64,000 nt of DNA from Methanomassiliicoccus sp. (GTDB taxonomy: Archaea; Thermoplasmatota; Thermoplasmata; Methanomassiliicoccales; Methanomassiliicoccaceae), in assembly GCA_033485155.1 (NCBI GenBank), contig JAWQJJ010000010.1, forward strand, positions 6,479-70,478, read 5' to 3'. This document shows positions 7,409 to 16,389 of this stretch, in pieces. The translations under genes were made by a program, and so were the position numbers. Each line of letters opens with the position of its first letter. Position 1 is the first letter of the stretch. A model generated the notes under the pieces. It saw nothing but the letters and a program-made list of their open reading frames with translations, did not search any database and had not been told where the DNA came from.

Positions 7409-8689
7409 TTACATGGTGACCCTCGGCACTTGCACTCTCTTAGCCCGCACGGCATACTCCTCGGCCTTCTCCTTCATGCCGATCATGCCATAGGCATCGG
7501 AAAGGCGAAGGTACAGCTCCCCGTTCTCCTTGTCTCGGGCCGCTCCCCGGCTCTTACTGTAGAAGCGCACCGCGCCGGCCCCGTCCCCGATGCGCAGGGA
7601 GATCGTCCCCAGCTGATAGAAGATGCGCTCCAGGTGGTCACCGTCCGCCGCACCCAGGGAGATCAGGCGGTCCAGGGTCAAGCGGGCCTCGCCATACCGG
7701 CCGGCCTGAATGAGGGTCTCGGCGCTCTCGCACCCGACCCTGACGTCCTCGCCCTGGACCTCCCTCCCAGCTTGCCGGAGAAGACCGAGCGAGCCCTCGT
7801 GGTCGCCCCTGGTCCTGAGGACCAGCGCTTCAGTCATCAGGCCGTTGAACCTGTCCTGGGGGGAGGGCGCGTCACGCAGCTCACCCGCCTTCCTGGACGC
7901 CAGGTCGAGGTCCCCGCTCCTCCGGGCCACCTCTGCTTGGGCATATAGCACCCGTCCGCGGTAACGATCGGTGGAGGGGACTATGGCCATGAGCATCTGG
8001 ACAAGGTCACGGTCGGCCGGTCCCAGAGGGGCGATGCCTCTGGACGCCACCATGACCTCCGCTTCCCAGCTCCGGCCGGCTTTCAGCAGATGGTATAGGC
8101 GCTCTCGATAGTCGCCCACGGCCAACCAATAGTCCGCGGCCTGGGAGTGATACTGCCGAAGGAGATCAGGGTCTACCTGGGCGGGGACATAGGAGCGCAG
8201 CTCGGGAGGCATGTCGACCATTCCGTCGACGTCCACCGGTAAAAGGGAGATGGAGATGTCCGGGAGCACCTCCCGGCGGAAGGACTTGCGGAACACGCAG
8301 GCCTGCGCCAGCACGGTTCGCTGGAAGTCATCAAGCGCTGACCACAGCTCCGGCCCCTTGCACTTCTTGAGGTCCAGGAATGGCTGGATGTCGATGCCCT
8401 CATCCTCCGCGAACTGGCGGACGAGTCTCGCGCGTTCCTCCCCCGGGGCGGTGAGGAAGTATACTTTTCGTTTAGTCTTCCCGCGCTTGATGTGGACGAG
8501 CCTCTCCGTTACCTCGCCCCCGTCCTTAAGCTTCTTCAGCTCGATCGCCGCGTGGGCCCTCGAGATCCGCAGCGCGGCAGCAATCCCGTCCTGACTGACA
8601 TCCAGGGGCGCGTCGTAACTGTCAATGTATTTGGAGTACTGGACCAGATGAAGGACAATCCTCTCTCCGACGGTAAGGGAGCCAGGCAT
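7409..8689 (-). CDS. winged-helix DNA-binding domain + TPR-repeat protein (paralogue B)
   Basis: Same architecture as 6070-7347 (MPGSLTVGERIVLHL...ISRAHAAIELKKLKD...RGKTKRKVYFLT; C-terminal TPR-like repeats). ATG 8689 chosen. Confidence 0.7.
   Translation of the reverse strand: MPGSLTVGERIVLHLVQYSKYIDSYDAPLDVSQDGIAAALRISRAHAAIELKKLKDGGEVTERLVHIKRGKTKRKVYFLTAPGEERARLVRQFAEDEGIDIQPFLDLKKCKGPELWSALDDFQRTVLAQACVFRKSFRREVLPDISISLLPVDVDGMVDMPPELRSYVPAQVDPDLLRQYHSQAADYWLAVGDYRERLYHLLKAGRSWEAEVMVASRGIAPLGPADRDLVQMLMAIVPSTDRYRGRVLYAQAEVARRSGDLDLASRKAGELRDAPSPQDRFNGLMTEALVLRTRGDHEGSLGLLRQAGREVQGEDVRVGCESAETLIQAGRYGEARLTLDRLISLGAADGDHLERIFYQLGTISLRIGDGAGAVRFYSKSRGAARDKENGELYLRLSDAYGMIGMKEKAEEYAVRAKRVQVPRVTM
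8256..8296 (-). repeat. 41-nt patch identical to 6914-6954 (inside paralogue B)
   Basis: See 6914-6954. Confidence 0.85.
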
Positions 8690-8755
8690 GAGCCGTCCAA
8701 TCGTCGTCGTCCGTATATATTTAATGCAATTAATTGTATATTTCATTACTGATAA

Positions 8756-9142
8756 TCAATTTTGACGTTTCCTAACAGGGGCGATAGGGGTCACCTCATC
8801 CACGTCAATCACCATGACTGCAGAGGGGGGAGGTAAAGATATCTTCAGTGCGGGCGCCGCCTCACAAAGGTAGGTAAGGGCGGACCCGGTCTCATCCGGC
8901 GATCCCCGCCCCTTTATCTGATAGCCGTTCCCCTGAGGGTCCAGGACCACCACCGCCACGTTTGGTCGGGCCTGGAGATTCCTGGTCGTGCGCCCCTCGA
9001 CCAGATCTGCGAAAACCAGACGCTCGTCGTCCAGTACCGTCAGGCTGCCCTTGGGGGCGACGTTGGGGACGCCCTCCGGGGAAACGGTAGCGAGCAGAGC
9101 GGGTCTGTACCGTCGGACGAAGTCCATAACCTCCACGCTCAT
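8756..9142 (-). CDS. pyridoxamine 5'-phosphate oxidase-family (FMN-binding split-barrel) protein
   Basis: LLATVSPEGVPNVAPKGSLTVLDDERLVFADL...RNLQARPNVAVVV is a typical PNPOx-like pattern. An internal ATG was chosen (MSVEVMDF); the upstream part of the ORF overlaps the neighbouring gene end. Confidence 0.65.
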   Translation of the reverse strand: MSVEVMDFVRRYRPALLATVSPEGVPNVAPKGSLTVLDDERLVFADLVEGRTTRNLQARPNVAVVVLDPQGNGYQIKGRGSPDETGSALTYLCEAAPALKISLPPPSAVMVIDVDEVTPIAPVRKRQN

Positions 9143-9225
9143 CTTGACCAGAGGATCACCGCAGGGAGGATGGCAGAAGGGAGGATAAAAAATGGGCGGG
9201 AAGAGGTTTGTCTCGGTCCGAATGG

Positions 9226-10626
9226 TCACCGGTTCGGGGCCATTCCCAGGTTGAGAGTGGAACTCAACTGGCTGTGAATCTCGCTTAGCACCGAGCCGAA
9301 CTCCTCGCTGGCCTTGGAGGTCTCGGAGATCTTGGAAGCAGCGATGGCCGAGGCACAGCGGTCTGCCGCCACCTCCAGCAACCTCATCTCCCGATCGTTC
9401 TGGGCGTGGGGTGACGACCATACTACTTGGAGCAACCCGATGACCGTTGAGCTGTGCCTGATAGGTACTCCCAGCAGGCTGCGGGCGCCGGTGGCTTTCA
9501 GCGGTTCGGAGACCTCTGGATCGCTCTGGGCATCCTCCACAAAGACGCCCTGGTTATCGCCGATCACCTTACCCGGGAAGCCGCTCCCGGCGTCCTCGGA
9601 GTATCCGCTCGGGTACTTGTCCGCACTGCCCTGGATGGAGCGGGCGACGAGTCGGTCCCCCTCCCGCACCAGGACGCTCCCGGAATCCGCCCGGACGATA
9701 GTGGTCAAGTTCCGCAGCAGTGAGTCCATCGCCTGCTCCGGCTGGACCACGTTGACCGGCATCGCTGCGACCTGCCGGAGGGCGGTAAGCTCCTCGCTGA
9801 CTCCTGCCAGCTGCTTGAGGAGCTGCTCCCGGTCCTCCTGGAACTTGGCCCGGTCGGAGATATCCAATATGCGGACCATGCGGGCCGGGGCTCCCTTGTA
9901 CTGTACATCTTGGGCCCTCATTTCGACGGCTACGGTGGAACCATCCTTGCGGTTGAGCACTCCCTCGTGAGTGGAGGAAGAGTCGGCGATCTTGGTCGGC
10001 ACCAGTCCCCGTGACCCGGCCAGCATGAGCTGGCCCTCCTCTAGGCCCATTAGCTCGGAAGTCGAGTAGTCGGCGATCTCCGCGAAGCGGCTGTTGGCCA
10101 CCACGAGCTTGCCGTTCTGGAATATGGCCGCTCCCTCGAATACCGATTCAAGACCGCTGCCACTCTCCTGAGCCTCCTGAAGCTCCTTCTCCAGGCGGTC
10201 GGCTCGTTGCTTCTCCGTGTGATCCTTGATGAGCGCGTAGTAGTACAGCACCTTGCCGTCCTTGTCCGTCGTCTGCCCGAGGACGACCTGCACCAGAATG
10301 CGGGAACCATCCTTGCCCATCTGCTCCTTCTCATAGGTCTGGGGGTGCCCGGTTTTCCTCAGCTCCTCCATGGCTTGGGCTTCGCGCTCGTGCCATTCCG
10401 GAGGGGTGAGGTACATCACCCACTGCATTCCCCGCAGTTCCTCCTCGGAATACCCAGTCAGCTTGGCGAAGGCTTCGTTGAAGGCCATCGTTCGCCCGTC
10501 CGGATATCCAGCCACAAAGGGCATCGGCGACTTGTCGATGGCATCGGCCAAAAGGTGAACATAATCGCGGAGGGTCCTGAGCTCTTTCTGTGCGCTGGTC
10601 TCTGACTTATCGTTCGAGCCTGGCAT
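9226..10626 (-). CDS. PAS-PAS-GAF sensor protein without recognisable output domain
   Basis: Two PAS-like segments (FNEAFAKLTGYSEEELRG...; ANSRFAEIADYSTSELMG...) are followed by a GAF-like segment (IVRADSGSVLVREGDRLVARS...LLGVPIRHSSTVIGLLQV). Confidence 0.75.
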   Translation of the reverse strand: MPGSNDKSETSAQKELRTLRDYVHLLADAIDKSPMPFVAGYPDGRTMAFNEAFAKLTGYSEEELRGMQWVMYLTPPEWHEREAQAMEELRKTGHPQTYEKEQMGKDGSRILVQVVLGQTTDKDGKVLYYYALIKDHTEKQRADRLEKELQEAQESGSGLESVFEGAAIFQNGKLVVANSRFAEIADYSTSELMGLEEGQLMLAGSRGLVPTKIADSSSTHEGVLNRKDGSTVAVEMRAQDVQYKGAPARMVRILDISDRAKFQEDREQLLKQLAGVSEELTALRQVAAMPVNVVQPEQAMDSLLRNLTTIVRADSGSVLVREGDRLVARSIQGSADKYPSGYSEDAGSGFPGKVIGDNQGVFVEDAQSDPEVSEPLKATGARSLLGVPIRHSSTVIGLLQVVWSSPHAQNDREMRLLEVAADRCASAIAASKISETSKASEEFGSVLSEIHSQLSSTLNLGMAPNR

Positions 10627-10788
10627 TGTTTACGCTCCTTGATATCATTCCGATGATTCGAACGCCACTCTCCATATCAAAGCATGGGGTCAGCGGCGGG
10701 GGGCCAATGGCGATTACAGATTAAGTATTATCCTTCCAAATAGCTGGAATAAAAACCTACATAGCACGGCATCCGTTCGGTGGGATGC

Positions 10789-11622
10789 ATGAGATTATTG
10801 GTATGCAGTGCCGAGGACAACGCCAGCGTGAACATAAGGGACTCTCTCCTGGCGTCCGGGGTTTGGTCGGAGGGTGGAGAGTTCGAGGGCGCCCCGGTCT
10901 ACCGCAATGGTTCCCTCACCATGATCACCGTCCCCCGTCTCCACCTTTTCTGTGACGACCTGGACCTGGCCGTGGAGAACCATCTCGGCACCAAGCCTAC
11001 CGAGGTGGTGTTCCTCTCCCGTCACAAGGCTGCATCCGGGCAGCGGTCGCTGACCGTGCACCCCATCGGCAATTGGGGGAAGGCCGACTACGGCGGCCGC
11101 GAGGGAACGGTGGTGCCAGCGGCCCCACACCTCATGACCTCCCTGCTCCGCCGGCTGAAAAAGGAGGCGGAGGGCCTGGATTTCGAGGTCACCTTTGAGG
11201 TGACTCACCACGGCCCGTTCCTGGACACTCCCACGCTGTTCATCGAGATCGGCAGCAGCGAGGCGACCTGGGGGGACCGCGGCGCCGGCGAAGCCATCGC
11301 CCGGACCCTGCAGAAAACTGAGGTGACGGCCAATCTCGTGGCCATGGGCATCGGGGGCGGACATTATGCCCCCCGTTTCACCGAAGCTTCTCTGGGCAAA
11401 AAGATATCCTTCGGCCACATGCTGCCGAACTATGCCATCGATCTGCAAAACCTCCCCGCCCTGGCAGAGAAGGTCCGAGTGGGCATGGAAGGCAGCGGGG
11501 CCCGTGTGGCATACATCCACCGGAAATCGATGAAGAGGTCCGAGGCCGCCACCATGGCCAAGATCGTCACCGACCTCGGCTACGACACGGTGGACAGCTC
11601 GGACCTGGACGATCTCGGATAA
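10789..11622 (+). CDS. dtdA: D-aminoacyl-tRNA deacylase, archaeal DtdA type
   Basis: MRLLVCSAEDNASVNIRDSLL N-terminus and TFEVTHHGPFLDTPTLFIEIGSSE core match the archaeal D-Tyr-tRNA deacylase family. Confidence 0.8.
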   Translation: MRLLVCSAEDNASVNIRDSLLASGVWSEGGEFEGAPVYRNGSLTMITVPRLHLFCDDLDLAVENHLGTKPTEVVFLSRHKAASGQRSLTVHPIGNWGKADYGGREGTVVPAAPHLMTSLLRRLKKEAEGLDFEVTFEVTHHGPFLDTPTLFIEIGSSEATWGDRGAGEAIARTLQKTEVTANLVAMGIGGGHYAPRFTEASLGKKISFGHMLPNYAIDLQNLPALAEKVRVGMEGSGARVAYIHRKSMKRSEAATMAKIVTDLGYDTVDSSDLDDLG

Positions 11623-11634
11623 CGGCCCTCGCCC

Positions 11635-12156
11635 TTATCTCTTGGCCTTCTTCGTGGTGGGGGCGGGGACCCCCTTCTCGGCGGCCATGGGGCCTCCGCA
11701 TGAGCCCGCCCCCGGACGGACGGCCTTCTTGCCGGAGGTTTTATCCTCCTCCATCTCGGCGAACACCTGGCTTAGGCCACGCTTAGCCACCGACCACACG
11801 GGAACGCCACCGGTCACGACGGCCACGTGCATCGCTTCCACGATCTCCTCCTTGGTCGCACCGAAGTTCGCGGCGACGCGCGCTTGCGGATACACGCAGT
11901 CCTCGCACATGCGGGTCGCCACACAGGCTAGGGCGATCAGCCTCTTGGTCTTGCGGTCTAGGGCGCCATCCTCCACCAGCACCCGGTCCAGCTCCTTGAT
12001 GACGACGGCCAGCTCGGGGTTGTGTTCCTTGATATGGGCCAGAGCGTGGGGCACGTAGTTGCCCATCCGGCAGCCCATTTCGTCCACGGCATCCTCGGCG
12101 CTTACCTCATCCTTGAGGTTCTTGATCCGCTTGCACTGCCTGTCGTTAGTAGCCAT
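11635..12156 (-). CDS. carboxymuconolactone decarboxylase (AhpD-like) family protein with basic C-terminal tail
   Basis: GALDRKTKRLIALACVATRMCEDCVYPQARVAANFGATKEEIVEAMHVAV is a CMD/AhpD-like helix bundle with a CxxC. ATG 12156 chosen. Confidence 0.7.
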   Translation of the reverse strand: MATNDRQCKRIKNLKDEVSAEDAVDEMGCRMGNYVPHALAHIKEHNPELAVVIKELDRVLVEDGALDRKTKRLIALACVATRMCEDCVYPQARVAANFGATKEEIVEAMHVAVVTGGVPVWSVAKRGLSQVFAEMEEDKTSGKKAVRPGAGSCGGPMAAEKGVPAPTTKKAKR

Positions 12157-12218
12157 ATCGATCCTCCTGTCTCTCCTTCGCACTATGTTCTAAAGGGAGA
12201 TGAACCTTGCCCCAAAGC

Positions 12219-12902
12219 TCAGCCGTCGATGACCGTGCCCTTAATCCCTTGGCCGAGGATGGCCGCCTTCATCTCCTCGAGATCCCGCCCATCGACGACC
12301 AGGATAGGGATGCGGCAGCGCTTGACGATCTCCGCTCCCAGTGGATCAAAGACATGCGAGTTGCCGGCCCCATGTTTCCCTTTGCCCATCATGGCGTTCA
12401 GCTCATCAAAGGTCAGGCGATCGAACTTGACGCACTCCTTGTTCTTGCGCGGGTCGGAGTCGTAGACCCCGTCCACGGAGGTGGCGTTGACGATCCTGGA
12501 CGCCCCGACCCGCTCAGCCAAGGCCGCGGATACTCCGTCGGTGGTGTGCCCCGGAGTGGTCCCCCCCATCACCGCCACCTTGCCCTTCCGACCCTGGGCC
12601 GCGGTCTGCTCGATAGTGCGGGGTACGTCCTCGTACCCCAGGCTCCCCAGGGCGAGCTGCAGGAGGCGGGCATTGAGGCGGGTGACCTCGATACCCATAA
12701 CGTCTAGATCATCCTCCTCCGCCCCCAGCTGGCGGCCGGTGGTGATGTAGTAGCGTGCGATCCGGCCCCCGCCGCAGACCACGAACAGCTCGTAATCGTT
12801 GGCCAAAGGTCCGAGAAGGGAAGCAAAGCGGTGGAGGAACTCCCCATCCCGGTCACCGGGAATGATAATGGAGCCACCGAGCGAGATGACGACCTTTTCC
12901 AT
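12219..12902 (-). CDS. pyrH: uridylate (UMP) kinase
   Basis: MEKVVISLGGSII..., FVVCGGGRIARYY, VAVMGGTTPGHTTD, NATSVDGVYDSDPRKN: amino-acid-kinase fold in the archaeal PyrH pattern. Confidence 0.9.
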   Translation of the reverse strand: MEKVVISLGGSIIIPGDRDGEFLHRFASLLGPLANDYELFVVCGGGRIARYYITTGRQLGAEEDDLDVMGIEVTRLNARLLQLALGSLGYEDVPRTIEQTAAQGRKGKVAVMGGTTPGHTTDGVSAALAERVGASRIVNATSVDGVYDSDPRKNKECVKFDRLTFDELNAMMGKGKHGAGNSHVFDPLGAEIVKRCRIPILVVDGRDLEEMKAAILGQGIKGTVIDG

Positions 12903-12995
12903 GTGAATTCTCCTAACAACGCAGAGGTCCACTCGTGAAAGTGGGATGCAGCCGCATACTTCTTTGGCATTTAATACATATCACTCCCCATCCTT

Positions 12996-13340
12996 TTGAC
13001 TCCAGGGTCATGCTGCCACTCACGGCGGAGCGGGAGTCCATGCCCCCTTTTTATTATCGGCAAAGTCCGACGGAGCTGGCATATGATCGTCCAGCCGTGG
13101 GGAAAGAGCTCGGCCCTCCGTTCGTTCCGCCTTCCGTGCCATCGTCGCGGTATGCGAGGCTAAGAAGTTCGCCGAAATTGTCTGGTCTTGCTTCCACGGG
13201 CACCATGGCGACGATTGTCCGTTCGGCACAGACCCTCTGGACCCGCCGACGGCATGGTCCTCGACCTTTTCCGCGGGGGCCATGTCCCCGCCTCGACCCT
13301 GGGCCATCGAGCCATCTCGATCCGCACCCGAGTCAAGCCC
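12996..13340. ncRNA. candidate large structured RNA of unknown class (strand unresolved)
   Basis: G+C-rich block with no convincing ORF, between AT-rich boxes (tttaatacata at 12970-12980; tttattac at 13371-13378). Nested complementary pairs: 12996-13002/13330-13336, 13002-13009/13295-13302, 13024-13028/13288-13292, 13039-13047/13275-13284, 13058-13065/13266-13273. Internal hairpins: 13075-13079/13091-13095, 13141-13148/13208-13215, 13239-13243/13256-13260, 13306-13311/13316-13321. Confidence 0.35.
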
Positions 13341-13420
13341 CCAGTAAGCTGTGGGAAGCTGACCAATAGATTTATTACAGCAATACCCTTGGTGTTAAAA
13401 AAGCGTAGGTTGACAGTACA

Positions 13421-14674
13421 ATGGCTCCTGACGAGAGCGACAATGAACGGCTGATGGAGAAGCGCCGGTATGACTTCAAGCGGGCCCTGGAGGAGATCAG
13501 GGAGATACACGGCCGCGGTACCGAGCTCGTTTCCGTTTACGTGCCACCGGATAAGCAGATCTCTGACGTGGCGAACTATCTCCGCAACGAGTACTCCCAA
13601 TCACAGAACATCAAGAGCAAGAGGACCAACAAGGCGGTCACCGGGGCGATCGAATCGATCCTGGCTCGCCTGAAATACTTCAAGGCCCCGCCCGAGAACG
13701 GGGTCATCTTCTTCGTAGGGGAGGCGCCCACCTCGGGCGACCAGACCAAGCAGGTACAGTACGTGCTGGAGCCGCCCGAACCGATCACCTCGTTCATGTA
13801 TCGATGCGACTCGGAGTTCTATACCGAGAAGCTATGGGATATGCTGGACGAGAAGCAGACCTTCGGCCTCCTGGTGATCGACCGGTCGGAATCGACCATC
13901 GGCCTCCTTAAGGGAAAGCGGGTGTTGACAGTAAAGAACATTCAATCGCTCGTTCCATCCAAGCATGGAAGGGGCGGGCAATCGGCGCTCCGTTTCGAGA
14001 GGCTCATCGAGATCGCCGCTCACGAGTTCTACAAGAAGACAGCCGACGTGGCCAATGAGGCTTTCCTGGCCCAGGCGGACCTCAAAGGTGTCCTCATCGG
14101 AGGTCCAGGGCCGACCAAGGAGTTCTTCGTCAAGGAGGAATACCTCCACCACGAGCTGCGCAAGAAGATCATCGACACCTTCGACACCGGTTATACCGAC
14201 GAGTATGGGCTCAAGGAGCTGGTGGAAAAGGCCAAGGATTCGCTCATCGACCTGGACCTAATCAGGGAGAAGGGGCTCATGCAGAAGCTGCTGGAGGAGA
14301 TCCGCAAGTCCGATGGTGGTCTCGCCAGCTACGGCGAGGACCAAGTGCGCCATGCCTTGGAGCTCGGCGCGGTGGATACTCTCCTTCTCTCCGAAGGACT
14401 GAGGAAGAAGCGAGTCGCTCTCCACTGCCCCCAGTGCGGCTGGAGCGGCAAAGTCACCGCGGACCGAGATGAGGACGCTCGGTGCCCCAAGTGCCCCCAA
14501 GCTTCCCCAGTCATCGATTCCACGGCGGACTTGGTCGACGATTTCTACGAGGACGCCTCCAAGGTCGGCACCAAGGTTGAGCTGCTCTCGGTGGATTCGG
14601 AAGAGGGGGAGATGCTGATGAAGGCCTTCGGAGGCATCGCCGCGATCCTCAGGTATGGGTTGGGTGGACAGTGA
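13421..14674 (+). CDS. prf1: peptide chain release factor aRF1
   Basis: NIKS motif (QSQNIKSKRTNK) and GGQ motif (HGRGGQSALRFERL), 417 aa. A CxxC...CxxC insert lies in the C-terminal domain. Confidence 0.93.
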   Translation: MAPDESDNERLMEKRRYDFKRALEEIREIHGRGTELVSVYVPPDKQISDVANYLRNEYSQSQNIKSKRTNKAVTGAIESILARLKYFKAPPENGVIFFVGEAPTSGDQTKQVQYVLEPPEPITSFMYRCDSEFYTEKLWDMLDEKQTFGLLVIDRSESTIGLLKGKRVLTVKNIQSLVPSKHGRGGQSALRFERLIEIAAHEFYKKTADVANEAFLAQADLKGVLIGGPGPTKEFFVKEEYLHHELRKKIIDTFDTGYTDEYGLKELVEKAKDSLIDLDLIREKGLMQKLLEEIRKSDGGLASYGEDQVRHALELGAVDTLLLSEGLRKKRVALHCPQCGWSGKVTADRDEDARCPKCPQASPVIDSTADLVDDFYEDASKVGTKVELLSVDSEEGEMLMKAFGGIAAILRYGLGGQ

Positions 14675-16389
14675 TGGATCCCTTGGAGCAGTTCGAGAGG
14701 CAGATACGCGAAGCGGTCAAGTGCACATTCTCCCAGATGGGGGCAGATGTGCCCTTCGAGGTCGAGGTCCCCTCTACCGGGGTGGCCGATTTCGCAGTAC
14801 CCTGCTTCCCCCTGGCCAAGGTGCTGAGGAAGGCGCCCCCCCTGATCGCCGAGGAGGCGGCGTCCAAGCTACCGGCCATGGAACTGGTGGCGCGGGCATG
14901 GGCGGAGAAGGGCTACCTCAACTTCCAGCTCGATGACCGAAAGCTCAACGTCGCTACCCTCGGGGCGATAATGGACCTCCAAGACCGCTACGGTCGGGGG
15001 AACGCCTCTGGAGTCAAGGTGCTCCTGGAGCACACCTCGGTGAACCCTACCGGTCCGATCCATGTGGGGAGGGCCCGCAACCCCATCATCGGCGACACAC
15101 TGGCCCGGTGCATGCGGGCCTACGGTTACGATGTTACCACCGAGTACTATGTGAACGATGTGGGCAAGCAGGTCGTATTGCTGACCTGGGGCCTGGAGAA
15201 CATCCCTGCGGAGGAGGTGGCGGCGATCGAGAGCGAAAAGGCCGACCACCGCCTGGTGGTATACTACCAGAGGGCGAACAAGATGATGGAGGAGGACCCC
15301 GAGGTCGCTCGTCAGGTGGGGTTGATGCTCCGCCGTTTCGAGGACGGCGACGAAGAGGTCATGGCCAAGGTCCGCAAGACTGCCAAACTGATGCTGGACG
15401 GTATCATCGAGAGCCTCGAGAGCATCAACGTGGTCATTGATCAGTTTACCTGGGAGTCGGAGTTCATCAAGGATGGCACCGCCCACAACGTCGTGGAACG
15501 ATTGAAGCGCTCGGAGCACTGTGGTCAGGACCAGGGCGCCTGCTACCTCGAGCTGAAGCCGTTCGGCATCCACGGGAAGGAGACAAGGTTCTTCTTCACC
15601 CGGGCCGACGGCACCACCCTGTACACCACCAGGGACATGGCCTACCACCTCGACAAGTTCAGGCGAGCGGACCGTACCATCAACATACTGGGCGAGGACC
15701 AGAAACTGGGACAGGCCCAGCTGGCCATCGCCCTCAAGTTGCTGGGTCAGGAGCGCGCGCCGGAGTGTGTGTTCTATTCCTTCGTCTCCCTTCCCGAGGG
15801 CCGCATGTCGACGAGAAAAGGAACTGTGGTGTACCTCGATGATCTCATCGAGGAAGCGGTCGACCGTGCGCTGGAAGAGGTGCGCAAGCGCCGTACCGAC
15901 CTGTCAGAGGAGAAGATGGGAGAGATCGCCCGAGCTATCGGCCGCGGTGCGGTGAGGTACAACATCGTCCGCGTCCAGCCGGAGAAGCCCCTGGTGTTCA
16001 AATGGGAGGATGCCCTCAACTTCGAGGGCAACTCCGCGCCTTTCGTGCAGTACGCGCACGCCCGGGCGTGTAGCATCCAGCGTAAGGCCGGGACCTCTAC
16101 CGCAGCCTTCGACCCAACGGTGCTGACCAACGAGTACGAGCTAAAGCTCATCAGAGCCCTCGCCCGCTATCCATCGATCATCAGGGAGGCGGGAGAGAAG
16201 CAGCGCATACAGGCGCTCCCGGCCTACGGTCACGAGGTCGCCTCGGCGTTCAACCAGTTCTATACCTATGTTCCGGTCCTCAAGGGTGAGGAGAACCGGG
16301 GGGCTCGCTTGGCCCTGGTGGATGCGACCCGCATTGTCCTAGCCAACATCCTCGTCACCTTGGGACTGAGCGCACCGGAGGAAATGTAA
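14671..16389 (+). CDS. argS: arginyl-tRNA synthetase
   Basis: Class I signature HTSVNPTGPIHVGRARN, MSTRKG (KMSK-like), and a C-terminal DALR-type anticodon-binding region. ATGA overlap with prf1. Confidence 0.93.
   Translation: MMDPLEQFERQIREAVKCTFSQMGADVPFEVEVPSTGVADFAVPCFPLAKVLRKAPPLIAEEAASKLPAMELVARAWAEKGYLNFQLDDRKLNVATLGAIMDLQDRYGRGNASGVKVLLEHTSVNPTGPIHVGRARNPIIGDTLARCMRAYGYDVTTEYYVNDVGKQVVLLTWGLENIPAEEVAAIESEKADHRLVVYYQRANKMMEEDPEVARQVGLMLRRFEDGDEEVMAKVRKTAKLMLDGIIESLESINVVIDQFTWESEFIKDGTAHNVVERLKRSEHCGQDQGACYLELKPFGIHGKETRFFFTRADGTTLYTTRDMAYHLDKFRRADRTINILGEDQKLGQAQLAIALKLLGQERAPECVFYSFVSLPEGRMSTRKGTVVYLDDLIEEAVDRALEEVRKRRTDLSEEKMGEIARAIGRGAVRYNIVRVQPEKPLVFKWEDALNFEGNSAPFVQYAHARACSIQRKAGTSTAAFDPTVLTNEYELKLIRALARYPSIIREAGEKQRIQALPAYGHEVASAFNQFYTYVPVLKGEENRGARLALVDATRIVLANILVTLGLSAPEEM

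Noticed and set aside
13075-13095. Minus-strand hairpin GCUGG-ACGAUCAUAUG-CCAGC resembling the TPP-riboswitch pyrophosphate-sensor helix
   Set aside because: No CUGAGA element or matching P2/P3 helices nearby, and no thiamine gene downstream.
12996-13340. Assignment of the structured block to RNase P RNA
   Set aside because: Plus-strand motifs resemble CR-I (GGCAAAGUCC) and other conserved regions in the right order. However, I could not pair a P4 helix with the conserved bulged U or a P5 partner, and a hairpin sits between the would-be P2' and P1' strands. The AAAGUCC heptamer alone is expected by chance several times in 64 kb. Left as a hypothesis to test, not a call.
12996-13365. Assignment of the structured block to SRP (7S) RNA on the minus strand
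   Set aside because: A long irregular terminal helix, and a 5' hairpin (CCCACAGCUUACUGGG) reminiscent of Alu-domain helix 4, are suggestive. There is no GGAA tetraloop followed by the AGCA motif of helix 8. The nearest match, GGCACGGAAGGCGGAAC, does not close a stem.
12935-13369. 144-aa plus-strand ORF (and the overlapping minus-strand ORFs 13020-13307 and 13160-13600) covering the pyrH-prf1 spacer
   Set aside because: The translations are Pro/Arg/Ser/Gly-rich with no motif, GTG or weak starts, and no ribosome-binding context. They look like chance ORFs in G+C-rich DNA. The region is better explained by RNA structure.
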